Shown in pieces: positions 60,395 to 64,000 of a stretch of 64,000 nt of DNA. The DNA lies in the IMG/VR virus record IMGVR_UViG_3300023174_003154, positions 12,140-76,139 of that record; one strand, written 5' to 3'. The translations under genes were made by a program, and so were the position numbers. How positions within the stretch are numbered: position 1 is the first letter of the stretch; every line of letters starts with the position of its first letter. The notes under the pieces were generated by a model, which saw nothing but the letters and a program-made list of their open reading frames with translations, made no database searches and was not told the origin of the DNA. This stretch comes from a virus.

Positions 60395-61669
60395 ATGAGA
60401 ACAAGAAGTAATTATGGCATTGTTGGACCTACACAAACGGTTACAGCTGCCAGTACTGGCATTGCAGTCAGCGTGGTTGACGCACAATTACTTAAAAGTT
60501 CTGGCAACTGGGTAGGTCCACCAAGCGCACCAACAAGTATCACTGCTACAGCAAGTAGCACACAAGCAACAGTTTCTTTTGTAGCTCCTGTTTATGATGG
60601 TGGTTTTGCCATTACAAGTTATACTGTAAGAAGTAATCCAGGTAATATTACAGCAACAGGTTCATCTAGTCCTATTACAGTTACAGGGTTAACAAATGGA
60701 ACAAGTTATACATTCACTGTAACAGCGAACAATAGTGTAGGTCCAGGAACAGCAAGTTCTGCTTCTAATAATGTCGTACCTAATATTATTGTGACTTATC
60801 TATCGGTTGCTGGTGGAGGGGGTGGAGGATACTATGGAGGTGGTGGCGGGGCCGGTGGAGTATTATATGATACCTTTATATTGCCATCAGGTGTCATTAC
60901 AATTACTGTAGGTGGCGGCGGAACTGCAGGTCAAGGTGGTAGTAGTAGCGTATCAATATATTCTACTTCAGGAGCTAATTCTTCAATATCAGCATCTGGA
61001 CTAACTACAATTATTAGTATAGGTGGAGGTCGCGGTGCAAGTGGTACTGCTTCATTATCAGTAGCTCCAAATGGAAATTCAGCACCCGGTGGTTCGGGCG
61101 GAGGCGGCTGGGCTGGAAGTGGTGGCGATAACACGGGATCACCAGGTACTGCAGGTCCACCTAGACAAGGTTATGATGGTGGCGGTGGAGAACCACTGGG
61201 CGCTGGAGATCATTCAGGTGGAGGTGGTGGCGCCGGTGAAAATGGTTATCCTGGAACAAATGCGACTGTTTATGGACGCGGCGGTAATGGTACATCATCT
61301 TATAGTACATTCTTAAGTCAAGCAAGTGCTGGTGTAAACATATCAGGTACATATTGGATCGCTGGTGGCGGAGGTGGTGGCGGCTGGGCCGGTGTAACGC
61401 CTGCAGGTGGTAATGGTGGTGGTGGCGCTGGTAGGGGTTCGTCAGCGTCAGGTAATGCAACTAGCGGTACAACAAACACAGGTGGTGGCGGTGGCGGGTC
61501 TCCGTATGGTTCTACTTCGAACGGCGGCGCCGGCGGCTCAGGTATAGTAATATTAAGATATGCAGATACTGAAGCAGCTGCCTCAAGTACAACAGGTAGT
61601 CCAACTGTTATTGTTACAGGTGGTTACAGATATTATAAATTTACAAGTTCAGGTACAATAACATTCTAA
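60395..61669 (+). CDS. Fibronectin type III plus glycine-rich protein
   Basis: P.APT...GG..ITSY.V...GLTNGTSYTFTVTA.N.VG motif; Gly-rich domain. Confidence 0.8.
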   Translation: MRTRSNYGIVGPTQTVTAASTGIAVSVVDAQLLKSSGNWVGPPSAPTSITATASSTQATVSFVAPVYDGGFAITSYTVRSNPGNITATGSSSPITVTGLTNGTSYTFTVTANNSVGPGTASSASNNVVPNIIVTYLSVAGGGGGGYYGGGGGAGGVLYDTFILPSGVITITVGGGGTAGQGGSSSVSIYSTSGANSSISASGLTTIISIGGGRGASGTASLSVAPNGNSAPGGSGGGGWAGSGGDNTGSPGTAGPPRQGYDGGGGEPLGAGDHSGGGGGAGENGYPGTNATVYGRGGNGTSSYSTFLSQASAGVNISGTYWIAGGGGGGGWAGVTPAGGNGGGGAGRGSSASGNATSGTTNTGGGGGGSPYGSTSNGGAGGSGIVILRYADTEAAASSTTGSPTVIVTGGYRYYKFTSSGTITF

Positions 61670-61676
61670 CTAAATA
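61670..61676 (+). promoter_or_regulatory. Late promoter CTAAATA
   Basis: Directly after the stop codon, upstream of 61696. Confidence 0.55.
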
Positions 61677-61695
61677 TACACAGAGAATATAAATT

Positions 61696-62934
61696 ATGGC
61701 ATTCCCAAGTAGTCCAACAAACGGTCAAGTAGCGGTACAGAATGGTATCACATATACCTACGATAGTACGTACAGCACTTGGACAAGAAATCCAGCAACA
61801 TTACCATCACTAAGTGTATACATTGATACATTTACTGGTGATGGAGTCACAACATCATTTACACTAAGTATTACACCGAGCAGTGCAGATTTTATTAGCA
61901 TCAATATTGATGGTGTAAGTCAGTTAAAGTCTGCATATACATTATCTACTAACATTGTTACATTTACAGGTATTCCTGATGTTGGCGCTGTCATTGAAAT
62001 TAAGTCATGGAACGCAGCCAGTGTTGGTGTATTAACCGGATTAACATTTGACAGTTTTACTGGCAATGGTTCAGGAACTACATATACATTAAGCACAAGC
62101 CCAACAAACAAAAATTATACATTAGTAACTGTTGGTGGTATTACACAAGAAAAAGTTAATTATGGTGTTAGTGGAACAACATTAACATTTACAACACCAC
62201 CACCAAATACTTCACCAATTGAAGTAATGACATTTGGACCTGCAGTTAATAGTGCTTTAGCAGGCGGTAGTAACACACAAGTTCAATTTAATAATCAAGG
62301 AACACTATCTGGATCCAGTTTCTTAACATTTAATAATAGTACAAATACTCTTAGTACAGGAAATATATCAGTTACTGGAAATACAACTGTTACTGGTAAT
62401 GTGTCAGCAAATAATTTTATTGGTAATGGCAGTAGTTTAACTAACATTGCTGGTGCAAATGTAATTGGTCAAATTCCAAATGCTTTAGTATCTGGTACAG
62501 TCTATTCATCTGCACAACCAAATATTACAAGTGTTGGATCATTAACTGGCTTAAACATTGCAGGTACACTAACATATAATGCAGTAGTTGAGCCATTAGT
62601 GACTAAGACTGGTGCTACGGGAACAGTAGTACACGATGTGTCACAGGCAGCTACTTTTTATCATACTAGTATGACCAGTAACTTTACTGCTAGTTTTTCA
62701 AATGTATCAACAGTTGATGCTAGAATTACGGTTGTTAGTTTGGTATTAATTCAAGGGGCTACTGCCCGTGTTCCGGCGGCAAATGTAATCGTCAATGGTA
62801 ATGCTCAAACTGTTAAATGGTACGCTTCAAACTCACCAACGGGTATTGCAAATGCTACAGAAATATTATCTTACACATTCATAAAAGCCAATAATAATTT
62901 TACTGCATTTGCACAATTCTCTACATTCACTTAA
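61696..62934 (+). CDS. Fibre protein
   Basis: FPSSPTNGQ N-terminus; two FTG(D/N)G..T.(F/Y)TL modules; shared shaft motifs. Confidence 0.7.
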   Translation: MAFPSSPTNGQVAVQNGITYTYDSTYSTWTRNPATLPSLSVYIDTFTGDGVTTSFTLSITPSSADFISINIDGVSQLKSAYTLSTNIVTFTGIPDVGAVIEIKSWNAASVGVLTGLTFDSFTGNGSGTTYTLSTSPTNKNYTLVTVGGITQEKVNYGVSGTTLTFTTPPPNTSPIEVMTFGPAVNSALAGGSNTQVQFNNQGTLSGSSFLTFNNSTNTLSTGNISVTGNTTVTGNVSANNFIGNGSSLTNIAGANVIGQIPNALVSGTVYSSAQPNITSVGSLTGLNIAGTLTYNAVVEPLVTKTGATGTVVHDVSQAATFYHTSMTSNFTASFSNVSTVDARITVVSLVLIQGATARVPAANVIVNGNAQTVKWYASNSPTGIANATEILSYTFIKANNNFTAFAQFSTFT

Positions 62935-62936
62935 TT

Positions 62937-63869
62937 ATGCCTAGACTAAATGCATTCAATGGTGGTCAATTTGGTATGATTGCACCCACGGTTTGTGGTA
63001 CAGGTGGCGGAGGTATATTTTCTGCAACAGTAACACCGGTGAGTGTGAACATAAGCGGCACCTTATACAAAGTGTATACCTATACTAGTGGTGGTTCAAT
63101 TTTCGTTGGATCCGGCGCAGTAGTTGATGTATTAATAGTAGGTGGCGGCGGAGGCGGTGGCAGTTCAGGAAGTAATGGTAGTGGTGGAGGCGGAGGTGCA
63201 GGTGGATTGGTCTATTTGACAAACTATGTACCGGGAGTTGGTACTTATAATATAGTTGTAGGTGGTGGTGGCGCCCCAGACCCCGGAGGATATGGTAATC
63301 AAGCATCTACTAACATCGCAAGTCCCGGAAACCCTAGTAGTGTATTTGGATACACTGCATTAGGTGGAGGAAGAGGTGGAAGCCCCGGACCAACTAATAC
63401 AGGATCTGTTTTAGATGGTGGTTCAGGTGGAGGCGCAACTGGAGGTGGCAATACCGAAGGTGCGGGACTTCAGCCTGGCAGTGCTAGCGGTGGATTTGGT
63501 AACAGTGGTGGAAGTAATGCTCCTGGAAGTTCGGGAAATCAAACAGGCCAAGGTGGCGGTGGCGCCGGCGCTGCCGGAAGCGGTGGTGCAACAGTTGCTG
63601 GTAATGGCGGCATTGGAAAACAATATGATATTAGCGGTACATTATTATACTATGCAGGTGGAGGCGGAGCCGGAGCTTCAGCCGCACAAGGAGCAATAGG
63701 TTCAGGTGGCTCTGGTGGTGGTGCTAGTGGTGGTGCTAAATTAACTGCAGGAAATAATGCTACATTCTATGGCGGCGGCGGCGGCGGCGCAGGCGCTAAT
63801 TATCCTAGTAACTCTTTATCCGGCGGTTCTGGATATCAAGGTGTAGTCATCATTAGACAACGAATTTAA
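62937..63869 (+). CDS. Glycine-rich domain protein
   Basis: VLIVGGGGGGG...YYAGGGG...GVVIIR. Confidence 0.75.
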   Translation: MPRLNAFNGGQFGMIAPTVCGTGGGGIFSATVTPVSVNISGTLYKVYTYTSGGSIFVGSGAVVDVLIVGGGGGGGSSGSNGSGGGGGAGGLVYLTNYVPGVGTYNIVVGGGGAPDPGGYGNQASTNIASPGNPSSVFGYTALGGGRGGSPGPTNTGSVLDGGSGGGATGGGNTEGAGLQPGSASGGFGNSGGSNAPGSSGNQTGQGGGGAGAAGSGGATVAGNGGIGKQYDISGTLLYYAGGGGAGASAAQGAIGSGGSGGGASGGAKLTAGNNATFYGGGGGGAGANYPSNSLSGGSGYQGVVIIRQRI

Positions 63870-63870
63870 G

Positions 63871-63877
63871 CTAAATA
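63871..63877 (+). promoter_or_regulatory. Late promoter CTAAATA
   Basis: Upstream of the ATG at 63894. Confidence 0.55.
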
Positions 63878-63893
63878 TACAAGGGCAATAAAA

Positions 63894-64000
63894 ATGGCAT
63901 TAACAAAACTAGAACCATACATGGTAGATACAACAGCAACGTTTACATTTGCTAATACTACTATTGCCAATGTTACTGCTACTAACATAACAGGTAATGT
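63894..64000 (+). CDS. Start of the next fibre gene (truncated)
   Basis: MALTKLEPYMVDTTATFTFAN resembles the N-termini of 42077 and 55034. Confidence 0.7.
   Translation, partial: MALTKLEPYMVDTTATFTFANTTIANVTATNITGN

Noticed and set aside
304-63699. The many short antisense or overlapping ORFs in the track (e.g. 2395-2850, 15500-15955, 46959-47480)
   Set aside because: They are shadows of codon-biased, repetitive real genes and lack RBS or recognisable motifs.
39319-63869. Collagen-like or PE-PGRS assignment for the Gly-rich proteins
   Set aside because: No sustained Gly-X-Y periodicity and no PE domain; the context is clearly phage.
1-64000. Stop-codon reassignment (no called gene ends in TAG)
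   Set aside because: Genes are intact under the standard code with no fragmentation; TAA preference is expected in AT-rich DNA.

Overview
AT-rich fragment of a large T4-like (myovirus, probably jumbo) bacteriophage genome; no host can be assigned from this window. 1-2.7 kb: minus-strand baseplate/tail genes. 2.8-8.3 kb: gp55-like late sigma factor, gp47/gp46 (Mre11/Rad50-like) nuclease, a GIY-YIG-type homing endonuclease and a Holliday-junction resolvase. 8.3-8.8 kb: the only long non-coding gap, which folds into a nested multi-helix structure and looks like an unannotated large ncRNA. 8.8-12.7 kb: a gp26-like gene with a probable -1 frameshift (T TTT TTC) into the next ORF, divergent from a tape-measure-like gene. 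12.7-19.7 kb: head module (portal, an inserted methyltransferase, core proteins, gp21, gp22, gp23). 19.8-64 kb: about 25 co-oriented virion fibre/adhesin genes built from reused modules, including eight glycine-rich tip proteins (four of them, plus a LamG protein, share a near-identical N-terminal anchor) and recurring shaft-end/partner-gene pairings. (G/C)(A)TAAATA late promoters and three intrinsic terminators are visible. All product calls rest on motif recognition and synteny; no database search was run.
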